Source: Blastocladiella emersonii ATCC 22665
Taxonomy: Eukaryota > Fungi > Blastocladiomycota
Direction: 5' to 3'
Length of the DNA stretch: 64,000 bases
Assembly: GCA_025594325.1 (NCBI GenBank)
Contig: JANHCV010000001.1
Span: 434,001-498,000 of the forward strand
Positions 35,921 through 48,256 of the stretch are shown here, in pieces. Made by a program: the position numbers and the translations under genes. How positions within the stretch are numbered: position 1 is the first letter of the stretch; every line of letters starts with the position of its first letter. The notes below the pieces were generated by a model. The model was not told the DNA's origin and searched no databases. It saw nothing but the letters and a program-made list of their open reading frames with translations.

Positions 35921-37601
35921 CTAACGAGGCACACGCCAAGGTCCACCGATGACGACAACACGGAGGTACAGAATGGCTAGGGAAGCGAGGAAAGCAATCA
36001 CGCCGCCGAAGGTGAGGAGACCCGTGTATCCGGACGTAGGGACCAGCGATGTCGTGGCACCCATCGAGTTGTCGATCAGTGCCGCTTGCGGCGGACCCGA
36101 TAGCTGGCCGACCGACAGCGCCATGTACACGAGGTCGATCGTCGCGGCGTGGTTCTGTACGCCGCATACCTGCGCCGTGACGCTGGGCATCAGGCTCATG
36201 AAGCCGCCACCCGCAAGGCCGAAGAACACGGCGAAGTATATGAGCATCCCGGGTGTCGCGGACCACATCCAGATCCCGATGCAGGACACAGACTCGGTAA
36301 ATATGGTCACGAATAGCGAGTTGATGTTGCCGAAACGGTCCGCCACGGCGCCTCCGACGATCCGGCCCACGATCGACATGGCGTTGATGATGTTCAGGAG
36401 CAGCGGGCTCCACGACCGATCGAGGCCGATGTGTTGGACGTAGGCTACGAGACGTCAATGTGTGAGCGCGGGAGTTTTGGCGGGTGTTTCGCGAAGGAAG
36501 CGTACAGGGCGCAAAGTAGAACGGCAGCAGGTACGCGAACGGGTTGAGGAACACGCCGACGAGCAGCGGGACGAACTGCGGGTTCTTGAACTGCGAGAAG
36601 TCGACGAGCGCGCGCATCACCTCGGAAAGCGTGCGACGGAGGTGCGGGATACGCGGCTGCAGGAAGGCGAACGCGACCGAGAGCAACATGAACGCGCAAG
36701 CAGCAGTAACGAGCAGCGTCCACTTGAGGCCGAACGAGTTGAGTATCTTGCAGTCGCAGGGACGATGCCGAGCGCACAAAGGCCAGCGCCGGACACAGCG
36801 ATGCCGGTCGCGAGCGATTGCCGCTTGCTCCACCACTGCGATGGAATGGCGATTGCGGGGTAGTAGGCGAGACTGCCGCCAACTCCAACGAGGAAGCCTT
36901 GGGTTAACATGAACTGCCACAGCTCGGTGCTATGAGCAGCAAGGACGAGACCAGTTGCCAGGATCACGGAGCCGGCGAGCATGGTCTGGCGGTAGCCGTA
37001 CACCTCAGCGATCTTCCCGCTGAGCACTCCGAGAGCCACGATGCAAGTGAAGCCGATCTGGTCGCAGCGATTATTGTTAGGCGACAGCACAACTCGAGCA
37101 TGGATGACTGGGGCAACGCACCGTTCCGATGAGGACCACCTCGGCCGACGTGACGCGGCCCTTGAAGATGGTGTCCTGGAAGTAGGGCACGTAGGCGCCA
37201 AACGAATACTGGATGCCTGCGTGTTGATCAAGAAGTCAGTCCATCAATGCCGGTCGCGGATCGTCGAAGAGATTCAGGATCGTACTGAGAACCACGACGT
37301 GAACCAGGAACGAGGACAAAACGACGAGCCACGCCCACAGACCGCCATCATGCGCCGGATCAACGACCTGGTCGCGCACGTCGATCGACGTCTCTACAGA
37401 TCCTCGGCAATAGTGTTAGATCATGGATGATGACGGGGTAATCTAGTCGACCTTGGTGATCGCACCTTCGTCATCAACGAGGACGTCCTCCTTGTGAAGT
37501 AGCTGGTCATACTCGAGCTTCGGCGTCTTGCCAAGGGCACGTTCGAGCTCAGGCTCCTGCTTCGCCGCCTCGTAGCTGGCCGGGTGCGGTGTCTCGGTCA
37601 T
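35921..37601 (-). pseudogene. MCT/Mch transporter copy B, tandem duplicate with an apparent 1-nt deletion near 36750
   Basis: Same exon layout as copy A. The sequence cct gcg act gc aag ata ctc lacks one base relative to PATDTML (A) and PASDAML (C). Assembly error is possible. Confidence 0.7.
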
Positions 37602-37988
37602 GGTGTCGTGGTAACGATGCGATGGTAGACGCAAGAGGAGGAGCGCTAACATCACGACGAGCTGCTCGGAAAAAAGGACCAACGGCGGGCCGGAGCCATC
37701 TGAACCACTGTTCGAGCATCCAACGCGTTGCAACACGCATGAAACGTCAAGCTTCCGTGAAGCGAGGATCGCGCTAATTCATAGCCTCACGTTGCTGGAG
37801 CAATCGTTTCAGGCGAGGAAGCGTCGCGTCAAGATGTCTCGCGTCTCGCGGGCTTGATGTCTCACTCACTACACGTGCATTTCACATGATTACCGATCGC
37901 GTCCTGATCATTTTGCGAGACACTCGAAGGAGACGCGAGGATGCACTGCCAAGTCCTTTATTCGTTAAAAAACAAAAGTCCAAACCAA

Positions 37989-40193
37989 TCACTGCCCTGC
38001 CACAACCTTGCCCGACTTCTTAGCCTCGCCCAGGAGCGGCACACCCATCTCGTCGGCGGGCGCCTTGCTCCGGCCCGAGAATCGCGGCGCCTTCCATTTG
38101 ATCGGCGAGGACGCGCTTCTCTCGGCGGCGGCCTTCGATGCAGCTGGCGCGGGCTCGACGGGAGCCGGCGGTGCAGCCGCGGGCTTCTGGTTGCTCTTCA
38201 TCTCGGCGCGCAGCTTTGTCACCGTGACGAGGAGCACGCACGAAACGATGATCCCAGCGCCCACGAGGTCCGACGCGCGTGGGATCGTGCCGCGAACGAG
38301 CAGGTCGACCGTGAAGGAAAACACGACCTGGAGGAAGTTCATGCACGAGCACTTTGCGGCGGGCTCGTACCGGAGCGCCGTGTTGAGGCACAGCTGGTTG
38401 CCGAGTCCGAGGAGCGACAGGAGGCCGACGAGGAGGACGACCTCGAGGAGCGTCTGTGGAATCACGGCAATGACGCCCTTTGGGCTGCCCTCGAAGATGG
38501 TCACGCCGAGCACCGAGAGCCACGTCGAGTGCAGCGCGAAACACGTCGAGACGTGCAGCGGCGACGCGGCGCCGCGCAGCTTGCGCAGGACAATGTACAC
38601 GCACGCGCCGGCGATCGAGCTCGCGATGCCGAACATGATGGCGACCATGCGGTCCGACGAGGCCGTCACCGACGACACCTCACGCGAGACTTCGCGGACG
38701 ACAGCCGCACCGATAGCGCGGATCGCGACCGTCGTCGTAGCGTTGGCTGGCGCGGCCGCAAAGACGTTGAGCAGCTCGGGCTTGGCAATCACAGCGACGC
38801 CGAGCAGCGAGACCACGGCGGACGCGGCGTCGACCGCCTCCCACTTCTCCTTGAGGATGACGCGGCCGAGGATGCCGACGAAAATGGGCGTGAGGAACGA
38901 AATGACCGTCGCTTCGCCGATACCGAGCGAGCGGATCGAGACGTAGTAGGTTACGATGGACGTGAACCCGATGACGGAGCGGAGCAGCAGCATCCAGCGG
39001 AAGCCCTTGGGGCCGAGCAGGAGGTCGCCGAGTGGCATGTGTGCGGTGCGTGTTGGCGAGAACGAGAGCCATGCGACGCCGAGGAGCGAGACGACGAGCG
39101 AGCGGATGAAGACGAGCTCAAAGGTCGGGTACGCGTAGGGTGTTGACGTCAGCGTCTTGACCGTGAGCGAGATGAGTGAGCCGAGGAACGAATTGAGGAC
39201 CATGAGCGGGAGACCCGGGTTGACCTTGGACAGCCGGTCACGCAGCTTGGTGAGGCGCGAGCGGCGGAGCAGCGCGGGCGACTGGGCACAGACCACCTTG
39301 CTGAGATCCGGTACTGGGGCCGCCGATGTCGACCCAGTCGAGCTCTGCGACGACGTGCGCAGAGGCGACTTGCCCGACTTGGCCGCCTTCATCACGATCC
39401 CGTTCGACGCGGCCGACGAGCCGAGCGGCGCCAGTCCGATACTCGAGCCCGTCGCGCGCCGGTTGATGCTCGGCCGACCCGGCGCGTCGTTACCGCGGAT
39501 CGCGTCCTGGTACGAGCGCACCGCGAGCGACTGGCTCGACGCCGTCCGCTCCGAACTTTTTCCGCCGCTTCCCGAGCCCGTTGACGCCGAAACGGCGGCG
39601 AGCTGCTGCTGGTCGACGATAACCGTCTTGCTGCTGACGCGCCCGAGCGCTGCGCCCGTCGCCGCCTGCTTGAGCTGCTGGTCGTCGAACTCGGTGTGCG
39701 AGTCGCTGTCCTTGCCAAACTTCTTCTTCTTCTTGCGGACGCCCGCGTTCCCGCTCGCGTCGAGCGGCGCGATCACGACGTTGTGCGCGTCGCCGCCGCT
39801 CGCGCCCGCGACAAACGAGTCGCGCTGCGCACCGGCCAGGTCCTTGCGGCTCACCGGCTGGGACTCGCCGGCGCCCGGGAACTCGGACGATGCCGAACCG
39901 CCGATCCCGATCAGGGGCAGCGACTTGCCGCCGCCGGGCATGGCCATGGCGCCGTCGTCGGTCGCGAGCGTGGCCACGTTGATGAGCGCCGTCACGCTTT
40001 CGCGCAGGTGGCTCGACAGCCGGCTGATGAGCGTCGGGCGGGTACGGGGCAGGGCAGTGGCCGCGGCAGCGACGTTAGGCGGGGGAGGCGGGGCCGGGGT
40101 CGCGTCGCGTGGGCTCGTTACATGGGGCTCGGCGACCTCGTCGCTGTCGATGCGCTGGTACGCGTCTTTCTTCGTGTGGTGGGTGCGATGCAT
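37989..40193 (-). CDS. EamA/DMT-family transporter with a long disordered N-terminus
   Basis: ELVFIRS, LLLRSVIGF, SIRSLGIGEATVISFLTPIF..ILG..ILKEKW; about 10 hydrophobic segments. Likely start MHRTHH at 40193. Confidence 0.85.
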   Translation of the reverse strand: MHRTHHTKKDAYQRIDSDEVAEPHVTSPRDATPAPPPPPNVAAAATALPRTRPTLISRLSSHLRESVTALINVATLATDDGAMAMPGGGKSLPLIGIGGSASSEFPGAGESQPVSRKDLAGAQRDSFVAGASGGDAHNVVIAPLDASGNAGVRKKKKKFGKDSDSHTEFDDQQLKQAATGAALGRVSSKTVIVDQQQLAAVSASTGSGSGGKSSERTASSQSLAVRSYQDAIRGNDAPGRPSINRRATGSSIGLAPLGSSAASNGIVMKAAKSGKSPLRTSSQSSTGSTSAAPVPDLSKVVCAQSPALLRRSRLTKLRDRLSKVNPGLPLMVLNSFLGSLISLTVKTLTSTPYAYPTFELVFIRSLVVSLLGVAWLSFSPTRTAHMPLGDLLLGPKGFRWMLLLRSVIGFTSIVTYYVSIRSLGIGEATVISFLTPIFVGILGRVILKEKWEAVDAASAVVSLLGVAVIAKPELLNVFAAAPANATTTVAIRAIGAAVVREVSREVSSVTASSDRMVAIMFGIASSIAGACVYIVLRKLRGAASPLHVSTCFALHSTWLSVLGVTIFEGSPKGVIAVIPQTLLEVVLLVGLLSLLGLGNQLCLNTALRYEPAAKCSCMNFLQVVFSFTVDLLVRGTIPRASDLVGAGIIVSCVLLVTVTKLRAEMKSNQKPAAAPPAPVEPAPAASKAAAERSASSPIKWKAPRFSGRSKAPADEMGVPLLGEAKKSGKVVAGQ

Positions 40194-40419
40194 GGTACGC
40201 CCGAGTGAGTGCGTGTTGTTGCAATGAGGAGGAGAGAGAAGACGAATCGCGTTGTATACTCTGAGATCCAGGCCTGGTTCATAAGCACGCCGCCGTGTCT
40301 CGCACCTCCCTCGACGCGTACGAGCGCGATTGTCTCCTGGATCCGGCAAAAGCTCCGGCCTACCCTAGCGGGAGACGCGTTGCTTTCCTTTGAAAATGTG
40401 TATTGGGCACTTCGGTGGA

Positions 40420-43383
40420 TCAAGGCATTATCAGGCCGCACGCGCTGTCGAGCCGCATCCGCTCATCGTCGACCTGCGCGCGGTAGTGCGCCGTGAACTC
40501 GCGCATCGCGATGCGCCGGAGCGCGCGGTAACTGGCCTCGAGGTCGTCGTTGATCAGCACGCACTCGAACGGCGCCGGTGGTGGGTGCGCCGGGGCCATG
40601 AGGACGTGCAGGACGGGTGCGCCGTCGCGGATCCCCTCGAGCCGCTCCGCGATCCAGCCCATCATGTCGGGAACGCCGGGAAGGTTTGTGCTGCTGCTTG
40701 CGGCGCTGTGGCCGAGGTGCGAGCTCGACGCGGACGTGCCCGCCATGCCCGCCGCCGCCATGGCCCGCAGTGTCGACGCAGGACTCGATGCCGAGAGCTC
40801 GCTCTGCGACCCGCTGGTGGCGGCCTTGTTGAGGCCCGATGACGAGGCGGCGAGCGCGTCGTCGCGGGGCCCGCGCTTCGGCGAGAGCGATGTGGCCGAG
40901 AGGTGCACCGCGGGCTTGGCCGCCGTCCCCCGCTTCGGCGACGTGGCACGCTGCTGCTGGCCATGGAGCGGTACGACGACCGTGGTGGCGAGCCCGCCGA
41001 CCGAGCTGCGGATCGAGCCGACCGAGTTGATGGACGCGGAGAGCGAGCGCCGGCGCGATCCGCGGTCGCGCTGGCACGCCTGCAAGCGGGCCTGGAGCGC
41101 CTCGATCGACGGCGGCGCGACGTACACGAACCGCGCGGCGAACTGGGCCTTGTACAGGGTCATAGCGCCCTCGATCTCCATGCCGACGATCCCGATCTTG
41201 CCCTCGTTGCGGACGCGCTCGCAGCTCTCGGTCGAGGTGCCGTACAGGTGGCCGAGGTGCGCGACGACCGACGCCATCTTGCCCGCGCGCATCATGGCGT
41301 CCATCTCGTCGCGGCTTACAAAGTAGTAGTCGACGCCGTGCCGCTCGCCCGCGCGCGGCCGCCGCGTCGTGTGGCTGATGCACACCCCAAAGATCTGCGG
41401 GAACTCGGCCAGCAGCCGCGCCGTGAGCGTCCGTTTCCCGACGCCCGCGGGGCCGCAGACCACGAGCGGGAGGAACGGGCACGGTTTCCCGCCCAGCCCC
41501 AGCGCGTTGAAGTACAGCGACGGCGGCGGGCGCACCTGCGACGCGTACAGCGCGCGCATCTTGAGCTCGCCCGACGCGGATTTCGGGAGTGCCGAGCCCG
41601 CCCACGCCGTCAGCTCGCCGTCCTCGCCGTCGCTCGACCGCTTGCTGCCGCCCGAGCCGTCCAGCTGGGATCCGCTCGAGTCGCTGCCGCCCCCGCCGGC
41701 CTCGAAGCTGCTGGACCGCCCGAACGGCGAGTCGTTGGCGAGCGACAGAACCGAGGGTACCATGGCGAGTGGCGGGCGCGACACGCTCGAGCGGCTCGAC
41801 GACGTCGCGGTCGCGTTCGCCGGGTCGCGGTTGTCGCGCGGGTGCGCACCCCAGTCGGGCGTGAGCAGCGGCGCGTACAGGGCGGCCTCGCGCTCGAGCG
41901 CGTGCGCGTGGATGACGGCCTCGACGACCTCGGCGGGCGGGTCGAAGGCGTTCTGCGCGGCGACCTTCTCCTCGGCGCCCGCGACGAGCCCGTCGAGGAC
42001 CTGCAGGCGCGGGAGGTGGAAGAGCGTGCGCAGGCGGTACTGCTGCGGCTGTGCGGCGAGCGGGTTGCCGCGCAGCTTGAGGACGCGCAGCGACGGGAAC
42101 TTTTGCAGGTGCAGGACGTCGGCCTCGTTGGTGATGCCGTTCGTGTCGACGGCGAGGACCGCGAGCTTGGTGCACTTGAGCGACAGCTGGCCGCGAAGCT
42201 GCGGGACCGTGTTGTGGCTCAGGTGCAGCTCGGTCAGGTCCGGTAGGTGCTCGGTCTCGGTCAGCGAGCTGATGCGGTTGCGGCGCTAGACAACTCGCGG
42301 TGAGGTTAGTCCGCGCGTCGGATGTTCGGCGTCAAGTGGAGATGTACGAGGTCGAGGAACTGGATCGGCAGCCCCTCGAGGCCCGAAAGGCTCGTGATGG
42401 CGTTGCTGACGACGCTGAGGTGCGTGAGGAATCGGCAGTCGTGGAGGCCCTGGATGCTCTTGAGCAGGTTTCCTAGGAACCGAGCAACAGCGTCAGCAGA
42501 CAGTTTGAGGGACAGCCGCGGCAACTATACGTACGGTCGAGCGAGAGGTGCCGGAGATACCGATGCTTTCCGAGCTCGCCAATCGACGTGAGCTGGTTCC
42601 TCGACAGGTCGAGGTACTGGAGATTGACGGGCTCGGTGGCCATCTCGAACTTGGCGAGCCGGTTGTCGGACAGGTCAAGCGTGAAGAGGTACGGCAGCGA
42701 GGCGAGCGCCGAGACGTCTACACTCGCGAGAGTCAGCACGTCGAAGCGCGCATGGCAGTCGCAGCGTACCGTTGATCGCGTTGCTCGGAAGCTCGAGGTA
42801 CTCGAGACACGGGTATCGCCGCACAAACGAGATGTCGGTCACGTTGGCGCCCTACAGGCACAATTGAACGTGTGAGCCGCCGAGCTCAGCTCCAGGAGTG
42901 CGACGGAAGTACCGGCAGCGAGAGCTTACGAAACACGAGCCCGAACCCGCCGCCCGCCGACTGCCCGAGCATCGAGAGAGCGCCAGCGAGTTGAGCGTCG
43001 GTTGGAAGCGGTCCGACGACGCGGGTCGGCGGGGCGGAGCGCGAGCGCGAGTTGAGCCTCGGCGTGTCCGATACCCGGCTTGGGTCGAACCCGAGCGGGT
43101 TCGCGTGGTCGTCGCTCTCATCCTCGCCCTCCTCCTCGTGCGACACATCGACTGGCTGCTCCGCTGGCTCGACTTCGACTGGTACAGCGTCAGCGGCGGG
43201 CGCGCCGGGCTCCACAATCGTCGGCTGCTGCCGTTTCTTCATGTCTTCGTCGTCAAGTCCAGTTTCCAACTGTGCTGCATCAAGGTTCAGCGGCTGCGTG
43301 GTTCCAGTCGGCGATCCCGGGTCGACGACGGTCGCGACCACGATTTCGACAAACGAGGAGGGCTCGGCTGGCGGGTTGCTCAT
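40420..43383 (-). CDS. LRGUK: Leucine-rich repeat and guanylate kinase domain protein (flagellar), multi-exon
   Basis: SDS22-like LRRs (LDLSDNRL, LDLSRNQL, LRGNPL) followed by guanylate kinase GPAGVGK...SHTTRRPRAGERHGVDYYFVS. Start codon uncertain. Confidence 0.85.
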
Positions 43384-43627
43384 GTCGGCGACGGTTTCAT
43401 CGGCTTCCGTTTGCAGGGGTACAAACGGTGCTGCGAACACGACTCCTCAAGCGCTCTCCGCGGCCTCGACGCGCGACGCGACGCGAGATGAAACGCGTCG
43501 CGACGCAGCGCAGATGACCACACGTGTTTTCCGAACGCGTCGGTGGCGAGTGTCTCGCACCGGGCCGCGACCTCGAGGCACGCGCTTTCTCGCCTCTGGG
43601 ACCCCTCTCCATGCAAACGAAAAGCTG

Positions 43628-44481
43628 ATGAAAACCCCTGCCATGTTACGCAGACCATCCGCAAGCACCTCGAACGGGCGCATCTCCGCCGCGTCATCGC
43701 ACCGCGCCATGGGCGGCGGCGGTCCCTCGGGCGCGCAGACGCCGGGCATGAGCGCGGCGACGCAGCAGCTGCTCCACTCGATGCTCGGGCGGTCCGGCAT
43801 GAGCAAGCGCCGCCAGCAGGAGATTTTGCGCCATGTGACCGAGTGTACGCGCACAACACGAACGCTGCCTGATCGCCGCTAACGCGCGAGCGACGACGAC
43901 AGCGAACGGCACGCTTCCCGCTGCCCTCAACGCACGACGCGCGGCGCCCGCGTCAGCCGCGGTCCCGCCGATCCGTGTCGCGTACCGCATGGAGCCGGGC
44001 CCGTTTCGGCCGGGCCTGCGGTTGCAGGACGAGATCGTCAAGCAGTGCGACAACTACGCCGTCGAGAAGTTTCGGCCGACGGCGACGAGTACGCTCCCAT
44101 CCACTCCCGCCGCCCGCGCGCCACGAGCTCACACTTTCGCTGCCCCGCGTAGAGGACCGGACCAAGGAGATCGAGCGCCTGCAGCGCGTGATGAGCCAGG
44201 ACGCGGCCGACGACGTGGCCAAGATGAAGAAGAAGCGCGCGCCGGCGCCCGCCGACGCGGAGCCCATCGATCCCGTGGCGGAACTACTGGCCGAGATCGA
44301 GGAGCGGCGCGACTGGCTGACGCGCATGGAGGCGCTCGGCAAGGCCGACGAGTACCGCATGCAGATCCAGACCGAGATCAATATCCGCGTGCGGCAGATG
44401 GAGCAGTGGACGGCGCGGCTAAACCGCGAGGAGCTGGGCGGCGGCGAGGGTGCAGGCGCGGGGAGGCTGCCGCCGCTATGA
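43628..44481 (+). CDS. UPF0193/EVG1-like ciliary protein, 3 exons
   Basis: TQQLLHSML..SGMS.RRQQEI, KEIERLQRVM, ELLAEIEERRDWL..MEALG....YR.QIQTEI..RVRQME. Confidence 0.72.
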
Positions 44482-44670
44482 CTGACCCGCACCGCGTCGC
44501 GAGTCGAAGACGGAGAATACACGGCAACGTGATGACGCAAAGAGTTTATGGTGTAGTAAAGGGCGAAATGAGAGAAGGGGGAAGCGCGGAGGGAAGAAAA
44601 TTTGTACACGGAGGCACCGTCAAAAACCGCATCAGTTGATCGAGGACCACGGCGCAAACGACTGGGCCTG

Positions 44671-47600
44671 CTACGCCTGGCGCCGTGCGCGCGTCGACCG
44701 CCGCGGCCGCACCGAGTCCTCGTCTGGACTCGGCGGCTGGCTGGCCGCCTCGCCGCTTTCGCCACCGCCGCCGCCGCCGTCCTCGTCGTCATCTTCATCA
44801 TCGTCGTCCACGACGCGCCGCCGCTTGAGCGCCGCAGACCGCGACGACCGGCGGCCGAGTCCCGCGGGCGCCGGGACCGCTTCCTGCGAGCTCTCGGGGT
44901 CGGCGGGCGCCGCGGAACCCGCACGAGCGAGCGCCGCGGCAGCGGCGGCGGCCTGTTTCCTTGGCGACATGGGTCCGCGGGCCGCGTCGGATGAGGATGC
45001 GGGCGGCGCGGGTGCGGGGACGGTGGGAGCAGGGACCGTCGGGATCATGGGCGCGGCGGCGGCGGCACTGCGGAGTGCCGCGTCGGCACCCGTCGCGGGT
45101 CCGGCCGAGTTGGCGCCCGCGACTGCCGCAAGCGTCGCTGCAGCCGTCATGGCGGACGTTGGGCCGGCGGCCGAGGCGCTCGCGGGTCGCGCGGGCGGTG
45201 GCGGTCCTCCGAGTCCGAGCCCGCTCGCCGCGGCCGACCACTGCTGCTGCTGCTGCTGGAGCTGCGGCTGTTGTGGTGGCGGAACGACACCCTGCGGCGC
45301 GCCGCCGACGGGCGTCGTAGCCTGCGGGGTCGACGCGGCGCTCGCGGCGGCAGCGACTGCGGCTGCAGCCGCCTGCTGTTGCTGCTGTTGCTGCTGGGCC
45401 TGCTGGGCCTGCTGTTGCTGTTGCTGAGCCTGCTGCTGCTGCTGGGCCTGCGCCATCGCCGCGGCGGCCGCGATCGTAGCATGCGACATGCCGTACGACG
45501 GCATCCCCGCGGCCTGGAGCGCGGCGGCGACCTGGGCGGGGAGCATACCCTGGAGCGGCATGCCCGCGCGGTACGGCATCCCGCCGGGTAAGCCGCGCAT
45601 GACCATGGGGAGGCCCTGGTACCCGCCGGCGCCGAGCATGTTGGCCATGCCGGGGTGCATGCCCATCGGGAGCATGCGCGGCTGGCCGAGGTGGCTGCCC
45701 GGCTGCACCATGTGCCCGTGCTGCATCATGCCCATGCCGTGCATGTTGAGCAGGTGCTGCGAGACGGCCGGGTTGGTCTGCGGCATCGACACGGCGGCGG
45801 CGGACGTCGGCGGGACCGTCATGGAGCTGCCGGGCGGCGTCGTGGCGTTGCTTGCGGGCGCGGACCCGCTGTTGGGCGGGAGCGGCGGCGCAGGGAGCGG
45901 GGACGCGAAATTGGACGCGGCCTGGCTGCCCGTGCCCGAGACGGCGGACAGCGACGACGGGAGCGAAGATGAGCTGGATCCCGCGGGCTGGAGCGGCGGC
46001 TGCGCGCCGAGCGCCGCGCTGAGCGCCGAGGTGCCCGCGACGGACCCGGGCTTGCTGTCACCGCTCGGGTGCTCCTGGACCGCGGCTGCGGCGGCGGCGG
46101 CAGCGGCAGCCGCCTGCTGCTGCGCCTGGAGCTGGCCCTGGAGCTTGGCGAGCGCCTGCTGCTGCTGTTGTTGTTGTTGCTGCTGCTGGAGCGAGTACTG
46201 GAACGCGGCAGCGGCGAGCTGTTGTTGTTGCTGCTGCTGCTGCTGAGCCTGCTGCTGTTGTTGAGCTTGCTGCTGCTGCTGGGCCTGGTGCTGCTGCTGC
46301 TGTTGCTGGGCCACCGCCTGCTGCATCTGCTGGTTCTGCTGTTGCTGCTGTTGCTGTTGCTGCTGAAAGTACCGCTGGTTCATGAGCTGGTAGTAGTTGA
46401 GCGGCTGCGCGTGGCGGAGCTGCGCGTTCTGGAGCTGGGCGGCGACCGCGGCGGCCGTCGCGGCGGCCGACTGCGCCGTGGCCTGAGCGGCCGAGGTCGC
46501 GGGCGTCGGCACGTCGGCGATGGCTTGCGCGAGCGACCCGTTGAGCATCGACTGCTGCGGCTGCTGTTGCGGCTGTTGAGGCTGAGCAGGCGCGGGTGCC
46601 GAGGCGGGAACTGGCGCGGCGGCGGTCATCGAGACGGGGACCGGCTGCTGCTGCTGCTGCTGCTGCTGCGGCTGCGGCGCCGGCGAAGGCTGCGGCGGGA
46701 CCGAGCTCCGCGGGGTCGACGACGCCATGGGCGTCGGGACCGGCGGGGCCGACGTCGCAATGGGCTGCTGCTGCGGCTGCGAGGGTGGACGCATTGGGAC
46801 CTGCAGCGGCTGCTGAGGAACCGACGCGGCCGGGACCGAAGTCGCGGGCAGGACGGGCGACGGCTGCGCGAGTGCGCTCGCGAGACTGCCCGCGGACGCG
46901 TTCGCGGCGACCTGCGGCTGCTGCGGCGGCGGGGCGGGACTCGACCGCGCCATGGCGGCGGCGGTCTGCGCGAGCTGCTGCTGCTGCTGCTGGATCGCGG
47001 CCGCGGTGGCGGTTGGTGGCGGGCCCTGCGGCGCGGGCGACGCGTGCGACTGGCCGGGCGCTGCCGCTGCGCTGGTGGTCGGGAGCTGCGGGGTGCCAAG
47101 CCGCTGCTGCTGCTGCTGTTGGGCGGCGAACTGGCCAGCGGGCGAGTTGGACGCGGCAGACGCCGTGGCGATCGCGTGCGAGAGCTGCTGCTGGGCAACT
47201 GACGGCGAGTGTGTCTGGGCGACGCTGACCTGCGGCGATGGCATCGACTGCTGCTGCTGCTGGAGCTGGTGGAGCTGCTGTTGCTGTAACTGCTGCTGCG
47301 CCTGCTGCTGCTGGAGCTGGAGCTGCTGCTGCTGGCGCTGCTGTTGCTGAGCGAGCTGCTGCTGCTGTGCAATCTGCTGGAGCTGGCGCTGCTGCTGCTG
47401 TTGTTGCTGCTGCTGAAGGAGGAGCGCCTGCTGTTGCTGCTGCTGCGCCTGGGCCTGGGCCTGGGCCTGGGCCTGGGCCTGGGCCTGGAGTTGCTGCTGC
47501 TGCGCCTGCTGCTGCTGCATCTGGAGCTGCTTCTGCCGCTGGGCCTGGAGCTGCTGCATCTGCTGCTGCGTGAGCTGCATCTGCTGCGGGGCGGGTGAGC

Positions 47601-48224
47601 CCTGGGCGCCGACCGCGGACGCGGGACTCGTGCCGGACATCACACCCGCGGCGGCGGCAGCGGCCCCGCCCTGCGTGATAGCGGGCGATCGCGGTCCCGC
47701 GCCATTAGCACCGCCGGCGCCAGCGGCAGCAGCGTTGCCCTGGACCTGCTGCGCTTGCTGCGCCTGGGCGATCCGGATCGCAGCGACCTGGAAGTGCGCG
47801 TGTATGAGGCGGTTCGGGTTGTTGGGGTTGTTGCTGGCCGCGGCCGCGGACTGGGTCATGGCGGCGGCGCGCTGGATGAAGGCCTGGAGCTGCGGGTCGA
47901 CGTTGCTCGGGTGGAGCTGCCCGTTGGCGACGGCCGCGGCGGCCTGCGCGGCCGCCGCAAACTGCTGCTGCGCGTTGGCCGGGAGCACGCCGGGGACGGG
48001 CGGCTTTTGGTCGGCGAGCTGCTGCATTTGCTGGGCCTGCTGCTGGAGCTGCATCTGCATCGGCTGCTGCTGCTGCGACACGGCGCCGGGCAGACCCTGA
48101 ACGGAACTGGCCTGCGCGAGCGACGCGGGCGCGAACTGGGCGAGGAGCGGGTTCGCGCCGGGTCCCGCCGACGCGCCGAACTGGCTGCTGCTCTGCGCCG
48201 CGGCCTGGGCGAGGACCTGCTGGA

Positions 48225-48256
<32 letters not shown>

